NCBI GenBank assembly: GCA_024704765.1
Contig: JAKMXF010000321.1
Coordinates: 124,001-188,000 of the forward strand
Source: Oopsacas minuta
Taxonomy: Eukaryota > Animalia > Porifera
DNA: 64,000 nucleotides
Reading direction: 5' to 3'
In this document: positions 24,401 to 34,600 of the stretch, one piece after another
Layout: each line of letters opens with the position of its first letter
Numbering within the stretch: the first letter of the stretch is position 1
The notes under the pieces: model-generated
Database searches by the model: none
What the model saw: only the letters and a program-made list of their open reading frames with translations
Told to the model about the DNA's origin: nothing
Program-made: the position numbers and the translations under genes

Positions 24401-26113
24401 AATGATCAAAATGGAAAATAATATCCATTATCCCAGTCATTGCAATCTTCTCAACCTCTGACAATAGTGGTTCATATTCCTTCTTCATTTCCAAAAATTC
24501 CTCATTCGAGAAACTCCCCGGTTTGAAAAAATCGAGCAGAAACACTCGAGACTTTAAGGATCGTTTTAAGGGTGTACCGAGGATCGTCTTGTGATCATCG
24601 TCCATAACAAATCGAATCAACAAACTATAATTATGGTCACGTTTATAATGGGTCTTTCGGAAGTCATCCATCTTCCTAATTTCAGTGATCACATCTTTAA
24701 ACTTCGGCAGGTCTAAGTAATCCAACCATTCTTCCATGAGACTCAAACTAAAGAGTCTTTTGGTTGCTAATAGATAGATCAAAGCCATCCCTCTTGTTTT
24801 TGGCGTTTCATCTGGTTTTTCAAATCGCCCCAAATCCCATGTTTGGAAACAGTATAGGAAAGCTATCCGATGAACCGTTTCCATATTACCAATAAGATGG
24901 GCATTGTCGCTTAAAAGGTTTCTGGCGCTTTCCGGTAGTTCCATGAATTGTCCAATTTTGTTCCATTCTGGGTCATGCAATTGAGGGAAATTTTCTGGTT
25001 TGAAATGTGTGCCTTTTGGTATTCTTCCAAATAGTGTTTGTTCTTGCTCTCTTAGTTGTTTGTCCTCTCCATAGTAAAGAGTGTTTTGTGCCATTCGTTG
25101 TTGCTAATTTGTTGGTACTTTGTTATTAAAATATGAAATAAACAAATATAAATCTCTATTTACACCTCTGTGCTGACGTAATCATAGTAGTAAACACAAA
25201 TAATCGCATTTAACCGAAGGGAAAATATTGATACAAACCTTTCTCTAAGAAAAATGAAGAATCACTTCCAGCTTGTAATATCGTTAGACTAGAAATAGGA
25301 ACTATAAATTATATAGTTCCAGATTAAAATTTGATGAATAATACTGTATTGAAGCCTATTACATTATGTCGGTGAGTATAATTTTCAATTCAACTCCCTG
25401 GCAACGTAAAGGCATAAAGGAATGTTGTAACTAACCTGTGTTTTCTGGAAATTTTTTTCAACTCGGATCTTGATTGGTTGATTATACTCGGGGAACCATA
25501 AATACAAACCAGAACTAAGTAATTTGAAGGACCTCTCAAAATAACCTTATGTTCTTTGAAAGATTTTGCCTAAAATATAGTGTTACAATATGGAACTATG
25601 GATAGTTGCAATTGGAACTAACCAAACTTATAGTTAAAGCTCGTTCTAAGGTCGCTTTTGGAATCTGTAATTCTTTTCCTCTGTCCATAAGATCAATTAA
25701 TTCCGGATGTTGTTCCGAGTTACCATTTTCTAAATTAGAAAAAGGTGTGACATGTGTCGCATATGCCCATGCCATTTCGAAAATAATATTATTAATTTCA
25801 ACACCCTCTAAGGAGACAAAAGACTTAGTTCCAATTGGAACTATAACTTACTAGCTACATGTTTTCGTATTCGTGTGACATGTCTTGAAATCATATTACT
25901 CCTCTGCATATCGGCTACCAATTTCTTTCTAGCTATTTTCGACCATTTATTGTGTCCCGCGAATCTCAGTTGTGTCTCGTTTAACTGGAACTTAATTACA
26001 ACTTTATGTTGTGTCAATTTTGAATAGGTTCCGGTTTGTAACACCTGTCTTTGTGCAAACATAAACAAGGTTGGTAAATACCATAGTCTATTTAATATTC
26101 GATTTGTTAGCAT
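21441..26113 (-). CDS. TACO1: Translational activator of cytochrome c oxidase 1 (YebC/PmpR family), 7 exons
   Basis: FAGHNKWSKIARKK start; ..IPKATLERAL; exon 25288-25239 SLTILQAGSDSSFFLEKG; exons 22292-22252 and 22196-22119 IIDVVIPD..IEEFAIEIGAEN; last exon 21680-21441 FKTD..EFFP..IEDVTGVFDNI; phases checked across the 25288-21441 exons. Confidence 0.88.
22325..23206 (-). CDS. METTL18: Histidine protein methyltransferase (HPM1/METTL18), intronless, nested in TACO1
   Basis: MAFKFNF start; DLVPGIYEGGFRLWEGAVDL; SAM motif ILELGTGIGLPG; SETIY; AAKQTYFGLSGS. Confidence 0.9.
   Translation of the reverse strand: MAFKFNFFTPIDVTSDTNETIETKPEFLDKSVTKVELTFLQQEPTLVPYYSTPTVRVINGIELNLSLNPTLKELENIYGIYPGAKTEDNTLLFDWFKGPSDLVPGIYEGGFRLWEGAVDLVEYLTSQEVEFGGKMILELGTGIGLPGILALKRGGKVWFQEYNIEVLQCATIPHSFMNIGNHDDVFKYATYISGSWSSLVPYSKENSLIFDIILMSETIYEVSNYLTLLELIDETLVPNGTVIIAAKQTYFGLSGSIKEFKDFVTQNGKFRCSTVVTIETSVPREILILSRKS
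23631..23987 (+). CDS. LYRM1: LYR motif-containing protein 1, nested in TACO1
   Basis: EVLQLYRMIQR..W..EKQYIITESRKQFKNNKHLT..RLELALHYKNPFPR matches the LYRM1 pattern. Confidence 0.85.
   Translation: MTYQNPLRSEVLQLYRMIQRTAYDWSSTTTDKTQTEKQYIITESRKQFKNNKHLTNTNIIQDRITEGKYRLELALHYKNPFPRLISYPLNYVTNSRGRKNTKIFRQSIPVYVKSTFDK
24264..25094 (-). CDS. Intronless 276-aa protein with putative tandem death-effector-like (DED) domains, nested in TACO1
   Basis: IAFLY..GMALIYLLATKRLFSLSLMEEWL and RVFLLDFF..FSNEEFLEMKK..KRGDKI resemble DED helices (inference). Confidence 0.5.
   Translation of the reverse strand: MAQNTLYYGEDKQLREQEQTLFGRIPKGTHFKPENFPQLHDPEWNKIGQFMELPESARNLLSDNAHLIGNMETVHRIAFLYCFQTWDLGRFEKPDETPKTRGMALIYLLATKRLFSLSLMEEWLDYLDLPKFKDVITEIRKMDDFRKTHYKRDHNYSLLIRFVMDDDHKTILGTPLKRSLKSRVFLLDFFKPGSFSNEEFLEMKKEYEPLLSEVEKIAMTGIMDIIFHFDHLGEFTFNQLLEAVKPTKRGDKIPQIEFFMKENEKELKDLGLLKAS
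25095..25186 (-). promoter_or_regulatory. Shared 5' region/promoter, copy 1, with CRE/ATF-like TTACGTCA
   Basis: Near-identical to 26942-27035; both directly abut an ATG. Confidence 0.7.
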
Positions 26114-26305
26114 TCTAAAATTAATATAATCTGGAATACGAACAATATAAACATATTGGAACTTATATAAACTGGAACTAATAGAATTTAAGTATTACAT
26201 AAAGTAATTGCAAAAGTCACTCATTTCATTATAAACAAAAATATATACAAATAGGATGTAAACAATTTTCCAAAAATACATCAACAAAAATTCAACACAA
26301 CAAAG

Positions 26306-26941
26306 TTAGTTCCAGAATTGTAAATGTGACTTATGAAAATCTTTCATTTTTTTTACTGCCTTAACTTTTCCGTTATTAAATAAAAACACTTGTAATATAT
26401 CACAAACGTCAGTAATCTTTGTCCTCGACAGTTCGTCATACAAAACAACCTCCAAGAGTGTTTTACACTGTTTATCTTTCACAGGTGACAAATTATACAT
26501 ACTTCTAAGTTCCAAATTATCGTCAGGTGTGAACATTTCTTCTCTTAAAATTTCGACAAGTAATTCCCGGAATTTAAGGCACCGAATTGAAAGGGTTCCG
26601 TCAGTGTCATTCAAAGATGCTTCAACGTCCTGCATAGCTTCGTGATCGGATTCCAAAAATTCCCGATTTGTACCCAATTCATCCTCAATTTGTCCCGCCA
26701 GTTTATCTAAACAACTTACGCGAAGAAATCTGATTAACAGGTGACAATTTATATTTTCTTGGTTTGACAGTATTTCTAAGAAATTTGTAGAAATATCCAC
26801 GCAGTCTCTGTTTTCTTCATTGTAAAGATATGAAAGTATTCTCACATTCCTTTCAGTTAGATAGTCGTTAAGATTAGAGATTTTTGTCGCTAACCCTTTG
26901 GGCACATTTTCTAAAGATCTTAGACAATTTCTTTCCGCCAT
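26306..26941 (-). CDS. Intronless 211-aa putative tandem-DED protein
   Basis: LNDYLTERNVRILSYLY..HLLIRFLRVSCLDKLAGQI and FRELLVEILREEMFTPDDNLELRSMY resemble DED helices 1-2 and 5-6. Confidence 0.55.
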   Translation of the reverse strand: MAERNCLRSLENVPKGLATKISNLNDYLTERNVRILSYLYNEENRDCVDISTNFLEILSNQENINCHLLIRFLRVSCLDKLAGQIEDELGTNREFLESDHEAMQDVEASLNDTDGTLSIRCLKFRELLVEILREEMFTPDDNLELRSMYNLSPVKDKQCKTLLEVVLYDELSRTKITDVCDILQVFLFNNGKVKAVKKMKDFHKSHLQFWN

Positions 26942-27035
26942 TTGTTTTTGCTAATTTGTTGGTATTTTTGTTGTTAAAATATGAAATAAACAAATATAAA
27001 ATCTCTATTTACACCTCTGTGCTGACGTAATCATA
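26942..27035 (-). promoter_or_regulatory. Shared 5' region/promoter, copy 2
   Basis: Near-identical to 25095-25186. Confidence 0.7.
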
Positions 27036-27145
27036 AAATGTACCCATGTCCAAATTTTCATACCAATCGGCCTAGTAGATTTCTTTGGACACCGCAGACG
27101 GACAGACGGACGTCATACATCGTCCATGCCGATAGTGCCTCTTTT
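27036..27145. mobile_element. Possible HINE/DINE-1-like (Helentron-associated) fragment
   Basis: aaattttcataccaatcggcc..cagacggacagacggac..tagtgcctctttt: a GACG/GACA microsatellite in the arrangement typical of such elements. Confidence 0.35.
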
Positions 27146-27234
27146 AAAAATACAAAATTAGAAACTGTGGGACAGCTTAGTCTATTGAATAAATTGGAAC
27201 TGTAATTGTAGGCACTAAACGTATTTGGTCAAAT

Positions 27235-27524
27235 TTTCATTTTATAGTGCAACTTTAAACAAATGGAAATCTACTGGTGGACGGGTGGCGGATGAGTGTG
27301 GCAGGTGGCGCGATATTACCTGGGGCAACGTAAAAACAGTATACGCCATTGGCGGTAGTACGCTGGCCTCGTTGTCGGTTGGGCAGGTGGCCGCTATACT
27401 AATACAGAGGTCATGAATCTTGACTCATTATGATGGGGAAACGGAGTGGAATGCTTGTAGGTAGCCATTATGTACAGGTGTTGTTATACTGAGGCTGCCG
27501 TTAAGCAAGTTTGCGTTTAACTGT
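27235..27524. mobile_element. Degenerate Tc1/pogo-type MITE with caggtggccgctat sub-repeats
   Basis: Repeated caggtgg(c) motifs and an end in ..ttaactgta; similar sequence at about 42580-42830. Confidence 0.45.
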
Positions 27525-27651
27525 ATGGAAAAGTGGTGAATATTATAAGAAATAAAATTATCAATAATTGAGAACACTAATTGAATAAATAAATTAACTT
27601 AACAAGTTTCGGAATGTAAATAAGAATATTTGTAAATAAAATACTGAATTA

Positions 27652-29259
27652 TCATTGGTTGTATTTCCTAATTGCATTAATAGCTTTATCGATGGATTCA
27701 GGTGTCCTAGCAAATGAAAATCGCATAAACCTATCTGCAAGGTGACTATGTGGTTCAGAATAGAAGGCACTAGGTGGTATAACACCGACACCAACCTCTT
27801 CATACATCCATCGTGCCAGCTGGTAATCACGTGTGCCACTACCGAATTTCCCAGGTGTGAAAGGTGTGCCAAATATGTCCATATTACCCAATAGGAAATA
27901 AGTTCCAGATGGCGTAATTGGAACTATGCCAACTGATTTAAGCCCAGAACACAATTCATCCCTTCTATCTAAGAAAATATTTTTGATGTTACAACATGAA
28001 AAGTGGCACAAATGTGCCCTCCTAGAGAGCCACATAACTCACCTTGTAAGTAATTCCTCAATTCTTCAATATAAGATCTAGTTGGATCATTGACCAATGA
28101 GCTTTCACGCTCAAAGCCTTCTGCCAAAGCAATCTGAGTAGGCCTAACGGTACAATACAAACTGCTAGAATGAATTACAGCTATGGAATCTAACAGGTCC
28201 TTAGGGCCAATGGTCCAACCGGTTTTCCAGCCTGTTACTGAGAATATTTTACCAGCGGAGTGTGTTGTTAGTGTCCTCTCCCACATGCCATCTAGTGTCG
28301 CCATGCGTTCGTGAGGCAGCCCATCGAAAGTGTTAAATTCATATACCTATATGCAAAATAAAAATAAAAATGTGGCATACCTTCAAGTGGCAGTTTTCTA
28401 ACAAATGGTGACATAAATTGGTATGGAGCAAATCCAGCAGCCACTTGACACCTATAACAGCTAGTCAATACTTTTACGCGCCCATTTTCAGTCACCACAC
28501 ATAACTAACCTCATCTGAGACACAAATAGTGTCATATTTCTGGCACAGATCAGCCACTACTTTCAGTTCCGGTTTAGAATATACTTTGCCAAGAGGATTA
28601 TTGGGATTGTTTATTATCAACAATTTTGTTTTGTTTGTAAAAGCTTTGGCCAATTCATCTGGATCAATCGCCCAATCTTGTGAAGTTTTGGGGTCAGCCT
28701 TTGTGGCACGAAGTGGCACAAATTTTAAGTGTCCTCCACCCAGCATGACTTGGTTAATATAACAATCATAAAATGGCTCAATTATAACCACTTCATCGCC
28801 TGGGTTCACAAACGCCTGAGAAGTGGCATAGAGACATCCATACGCGCCATTTGACACTGAAATATTAGAATTTGGGTTCAGTTCTCGTTTATACAATGGC
28901 GAATAGTAACGCGCGATGGCTTCCAAAAGTGGTGTGTGCCCTTTGGACAGAGGGTACTGATGTGCCGATGGATCGAGGGCCGCCTTATGGAGGGAGTCCA
29001 GGAGGAATTTTGGGGGATCAAAATCTGGGAACCCTTGTCCCAAATTACTGACCGGTTTAAATTTTGCAACCATTTGGGTGAATTCTACCCAAACAGATGG
29101 CCTCAAACCTTCAAGCCGATTAGCTGAAGATTTGGAGGATAAGGAGGGAAGTGAAGTAGTGAAGTGTCGTGATTGTGTCGCGCGGAAAATGAAGTGATTA
29201 GATTGGTTGAAAAAGTGTCGGAATTGTTGCATTCTAAGTGCTAAAGTTCCAGTTCGCAT
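27652..29259 (-). CDS. Kynurenine aminotransferase / cysteine-S-conjugate beta-lyase (KYAT1/KYAT3-like), about 3 exons
   Basis: NLGQGFPDF, HQYPLSKGH, NNPNNPLGKVY, SDEV, PLP-lysine motif SAGKIFSVTGWKTGW. Confidence 0.92.
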
Positions 29260-29680
29260 AAAAGAATAATAAGTTTAATACAAAACATAAAAACAAATAT
29301 ACACATAACATAGCTGTGTAATCTCATCCGCTACTTGTTTCTTTCTACTTTCCTTGCCAAGTGACATTTCAATACTATTTGTGACACTTTTTGTGCCACT
29401 CCTCTCCAAATATTCAAGGCCAGTATTCATATGGTAATCCACTTGTAACGAATTTCCAACACTTGACAAAAGGTGTCATCATTTTGTGGATTTTCATTTT
29501 TATCGAGTGACATCTTGAGCAATATTAAAAATACTTTGACCAATAAAATTACAGAGTTCTCCCTTATATATTTTGTAATTTAATTATCTCCATAACAACC
29601 AGAAAATACAATGGAATTTGAACTATAAACACATATTCAGATATTGTAATAAGTGAAAATGAACTATTCGACAATCGGAA

Positions 29681-30869
29681 CTATAATTTAATGAGACTGT
29701 TAATAATTGTGGAATTTGTCGGCGCTGTTGTAAATATGACACCAACAAACACGTTCACACCCCAAGTGGCATGTCGGACACATTTACAGCAACCCAGATC
29801 TTCTATTGTGAATCCAAAGTGTCGCATTCTGTCATCAATTTCTGTCATATGGTCACTGCCACTTTCTCCTAGAAACTAAAATTAAGGTCAAGAAAAATAC
29901 GGTAACAAGAGTTCAACCATAAATCAAAGGTGTGGTAAACTGGAACTATAAATGAACTTACTGGTTGTCCAGAGGATGGATCAATTAAGTCTGCCCAAAA
30001 TCCATGTTCTTCTATTCTGGCGCAAATTTCTTTGGCGCTATTTATAAACTAAAAATAGGATAATAAAAGCGGGAAATTCCACATTTTTGGAGGGATATCA
30101 CAAGTGGCACGTCCCGCCAAAAGTGGTATTAGCTAAATATGTTAAAATATGGACACATGACTGACATTTAGAGTAAGGTCTTCTCTCTCTTCTGCCATTC
30201 TTTGAGACCACTTAGACATATCATTAATCGTGTGTTCACTCAAACATATGACACTAAGCTTATCAGTTAGTTCCGGTATACCAGGAATTAGTTCCATAAA
30301 GGATTTCAATAGAAAAGAAGGTGATTCTTGAACCAAGACTTCAACTTTTGTGTCGCCAAATGGTTTCTATAAATAGTTTAAGTGTCAAAGTGAAATAGAA
30401 ATTAGAAATGGAAAATACCTGAAATTGTTGATTACAAAACTTAGAAATATGGTCCTCAAATAAACCATCAATTGAGCCATATTGTGTCGCGGTGTCGAGT
30501 GGTGGAGGTGACAAAATGTGACATAGTGGCACCCCAGTGGCTGAGGGCAAGGAAAATCGTTTGTCAATGGAGAAGAGATTCGGAGAAACTCCTTCATTTC
30601 CTAAAAATAATTCAAAATTCAATAATATAATTATCCTGACCAATAGAATTACCAGGAATTATACTTTTAGGCGCCAATTCAATAGTCTTATCTTTGCAAG
30701 AACTTTTCAAAGAATGACAGCTATCACTGGCATCACCTGACGAATCAGCTTTTAGGGTTTGTATAGGCATATTTCCATTTAGAACAGGCGCTATAGGGTG
30801 ATGAAAGGTGCGGACTCTCTGTAGTAAAGCAGTCAAACTGGGTAGATAGGATATCATGCGAGTTTTCAT
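29681..30869 (-). CDS. MMADHC: Cobalamin trafficking protein CblD, about 5 exons
   Basis: RMISYLP N-terminus; [23 protein letters not shown]; [32 protein letters not shown]. Confidence 0.9.
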
Positions 30870-31433
30870 ACTCAAATTCTATAAGTATACAAATATATAT
30901 AATCTTTTGGAACTAAGTTCTCAACTGTGACACATTTTCGTGTCACTTTTGTGTCGGGCAGATCACCAATACATCTTACTATTTTGGGGAAAATGGACAT
31001 ACTTCCCTGGATATCTGTAAAATCCTGGATCATCCAAGGATCCCGGGTGTGTTGGCCTTTGCACATCAAGGATCACACAATAGGACCCATAATTACATAA
31101 TATATTGTGTCACTGACTCAAATACAATTATAATATTCAGTATGAAAGGTGAATATTATCTTACCTTAGCGAGTTGATAGCTAGACATACACAAAAATTC
31201 TAGAACAAACTGGACAAATAAATAAAGAATAAATTTATGGAACTAAACAAAATGGAGAAAATGTTTTGAGGACATTCTGGACAACTTAGGAAAGTGCCAC
31301 ATGTTTTTGAAAAAGAAAATATATTCAGAAATCAGAACCAATCAAATTCTTAGTTCCTGTAAATATTTGTAAAAGTTATGGGTGAATAACTTATATCTTT
31401 CAAAAGATGCAAAATCAATAGTTAACAATCATA

Positions 31434-31517
31434 GTCAGGATGGCCGAGCGGTCTAAGGCGCTGCGTTCAGGTCGCAGTCTACTTAGGTAGGCGTGGGTTC
31501 GAATCCCACTTCTGACA
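31434..31517 (+). tRNA. tRNA-Leu (CAG)
   Basis: GTCAGGATGGCCGAGCGGTCTAAGGCGCTGCGTTCAGGTCGCAGT..GGGTTCGAATCCCACTTCTGACA; long variable arm; followed by T-runs. Confidence 0.97.
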
Positions 31518-31613
31518 TTTCTTTTTGCCACTTAGAGAAACATTTTTTATCCAACCAAAAATCAATTTTTTGGAAATATAACTTGACAGATTTTTTGTTC
31601 GAAAATTAGTGAA

Positions 31614-34600
31614 ATGGCATCAGTAGCTCGGACAGGACAATTGAGACAGAGGACAAAACTTGTCCAAGGTTCAGTTCCAGTTCCAGATCCAGTTACAGTT
31701 ATGGTTCGGGAGATACAACAGAATATCCTCAATATGCAGAAACAATATGAATGCCCTATATGGTAATTTCACCCCTTAATATGTTTGTTACCCAATCAGT
31801 TTACTACCTCTATTCTTAGTTTGGAGTTGATATCGGAACCACGTGCCACTGATTGCGGACACTATTTCTGCAGGTATGTAAATTCTATCAATTCTATGAT
31901 AATACAGAACTTGGTAATAATACTTGTTCTTCCAACCGGTATAATATACAGGAATATATGAGAACCAGTTTCCAGAGTATGGTGCTTATAAGTTATAACT
32001 GGTATCTGCTGTATATGTGTGATTCCAAATTTGCACAAAAGTGGCATTGTGGCAGTTATAAAAGTTTCTAATTCTGGAAAATTGGGGCTCTGTTTTGTTG
32101 TTATTTACTCTAGAAAGAATGCTTACTTTTTGCATATTTACTATTAGAGAATGCATTATACGTCATGTAAATGTTTCACAGAAAAAAGCTCCAGTGAAAT
32201 GCCCTCTTTGTAAAGAAACAGTAACTAAAAGGTATAGTTCCTGTTCTAATTTACTCTGGAAACAACCTTGAGACCGCAACCTTGGTTCTATTGAATATCA
32301 ATATGGAACTAACGGGAATATATTGTCCTAATAGGAGTCTGGTGGAATGTTCTGGTATGGGAGATATTTCAGAAGCTATTCGGCAACTTATGGATTCATT
32401 TCAACTGGATACCGGAACTATGGGTAAGCTATTGGAACCATAGGTATAGATGTATGAGATTTCATTCTTCCTCTCCCTAGCAACAAACTTTTTCCAGGAA
32501 TGTAGAAATATCCATTGTGACATCCCTAAACCCGAATTCCAAAGGTGACAATTCCGTTTACCAAATTTTATAATAAATTTTCAAACTAATATCACTAAAA
32601 TATTTCGAATAAGTTATCTACAATTCGTATAGTTCCAATTGGAACTATAATTTAGCCTGCTGCATCAATTCCATTTTGGCTACAAGGGTGAGATGAACTT
32701 CATCAGGACCATCTGCTATTCTCAGAGATCTGGCGCCCGCATAATAAGCAGCTATAGGTGTATCTTGACAAACACCCATGCCACCATGAATCTGTAGACA
32801 TCTGTCAATAACTCTACATGCCATTTGTGGCACTGCCACTTTTATCATTGACACTTCTTTTCTCACAGCCTAAATATACAGACGTTATAAATACTGGACG
32901 TTCCTTGATCCCCATAGCACCTGGGCCAACTAGCCAAGAATGTTAGAGGTTCATGAACCTAATTTTTTGGTCCTTAGACGGAATGAATGGTCCAGATATC
33001 ATCCAGAGGGTCTAGAAAGGATCAATTATATGCACCCTCCCCAATCACATGTATTTCAGAATAGTTTGGCGCCTATGTCAACTTGTCTTGGTCTCTTTTC
33101 ACTTACCTTGGGTCCAGCTTTGTCGATATAATAAGCTGTTTGTAATACTAATAATCTTGCCTGATCAATCTCAATCCTACTCTGAGCTATCGCCTCTTGT
33201 GCCATTCCATGCTGTGCTATCATCTTTCCAAACACCTTCCTATTTAAGGCGCGATTACATGCAAGTTCCAGACACCTCTCTGCCATACCTATGAGTCTCA
33301 TACAGTGGTGGACCCTACCGGGTCCCAATCTGCCCTGCGATATCTCAAATCCGCACCCTTCTCCAAGGATTATGTTCTCTTTCGGAACACGAACCTAAAA
33401 ATGTTTGTAATAAATCGGATCTGTATAAATATTTGTAGTTTCAATTGGAACTATAATACCTGATTAAATTCCAGTTCAAAGTGTCCATGTGGCGCTTCAT
33501 CATAACCAAATACTGTCATTGGGCGGATAAGATTCACACCTGTTGCATCAGATGGCACAATTATGACAGAGTGTCGTTTGTGTCGTGGCAGGTTCCCCTT
33601 AGGGTCACTTGTCCCAAACACCAAATACAACCTCAACCTCTCCTCTCCAACACCTGATATCCACCACTTATGTCCATTAACCACATAATCACTGCCATCT
33701 GGCAGAATTGTACATTTCATATTTGTGGCATCACTAGATGCCACTTCCGGTTCTGTCATCGCAAATGCTGATTTTATGTCACCATTCAAAAGTGGCACGA
33801 GCCACTTGGCTTTCTGCTTGGCTGTGCCATACAACCAGAGTGTCTCCATATTTCCGGTGTCGGGGGCGCCACAATTAAAGATGGCGGGTGAAAACATGAA
33901 TCTTCCTGTTTCCTCTGCAATCAGTGCATACTCCATTTGTGTCAATCCACACATTCCTATATTATAAATGGTTGTTAAGATAACTTATAAATTGTCCTAC
34001 CTCCCCAACCCAAGAGAGGATTTGACACTTATGTTACCCCCAGGGTGTGTTCAGAGGTCCAAATATGTACCTATCCTCACCCATGGGGCAAAGTTTCATA
34101 TATCAAATCCCGGGTTGAGAGGGACATGGAACTGAAACTTACCAGGAAGAAATAGGTTCCATAAACCTTCGCTCTTAGCTCGAACTTTCAATTTCTCTAA
34201 AGTTGGTATCATTTTCCATCTGGTTGGCGGATCATTTATTTCGCCCACAATTTTGAGTTCATTTGGGTACACAAATTCGTTCATAAATGTTTTCACACGA
34301 AATAACATGTCTCGTCCCTTGGGTGATAAATTTATGAAATCTGGGATAGTTGGCTGGACATATCCTATAGTTCCAGTTAGTTTAAGCGCCAATTTGATTA
34401 TAGGCCCTATTACGCCACCAAATGACTCGGCTTGGTCGCTAGAAGCATTTCCGGTAAAAGCGCGTCCATATACACCTTGAAGAATGGAAGCATATTTAAA
34501 AAGACCCAAAACTTTAAAATATGTCCATTCTTGTTCAGACGGAGTCTTGATTTTGGTTAAATTGCAATATAACCGTAATACGTCACGTTCCTCTGGTGTC

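Noticed and set aside
30872-31069. 65-aa ORF upstream of MMADHC
   Set aside because: The MMADHC N-terminus (RMISYLP) is already encoded from 30869; this ORF is probably in the 5' UTR or an intron
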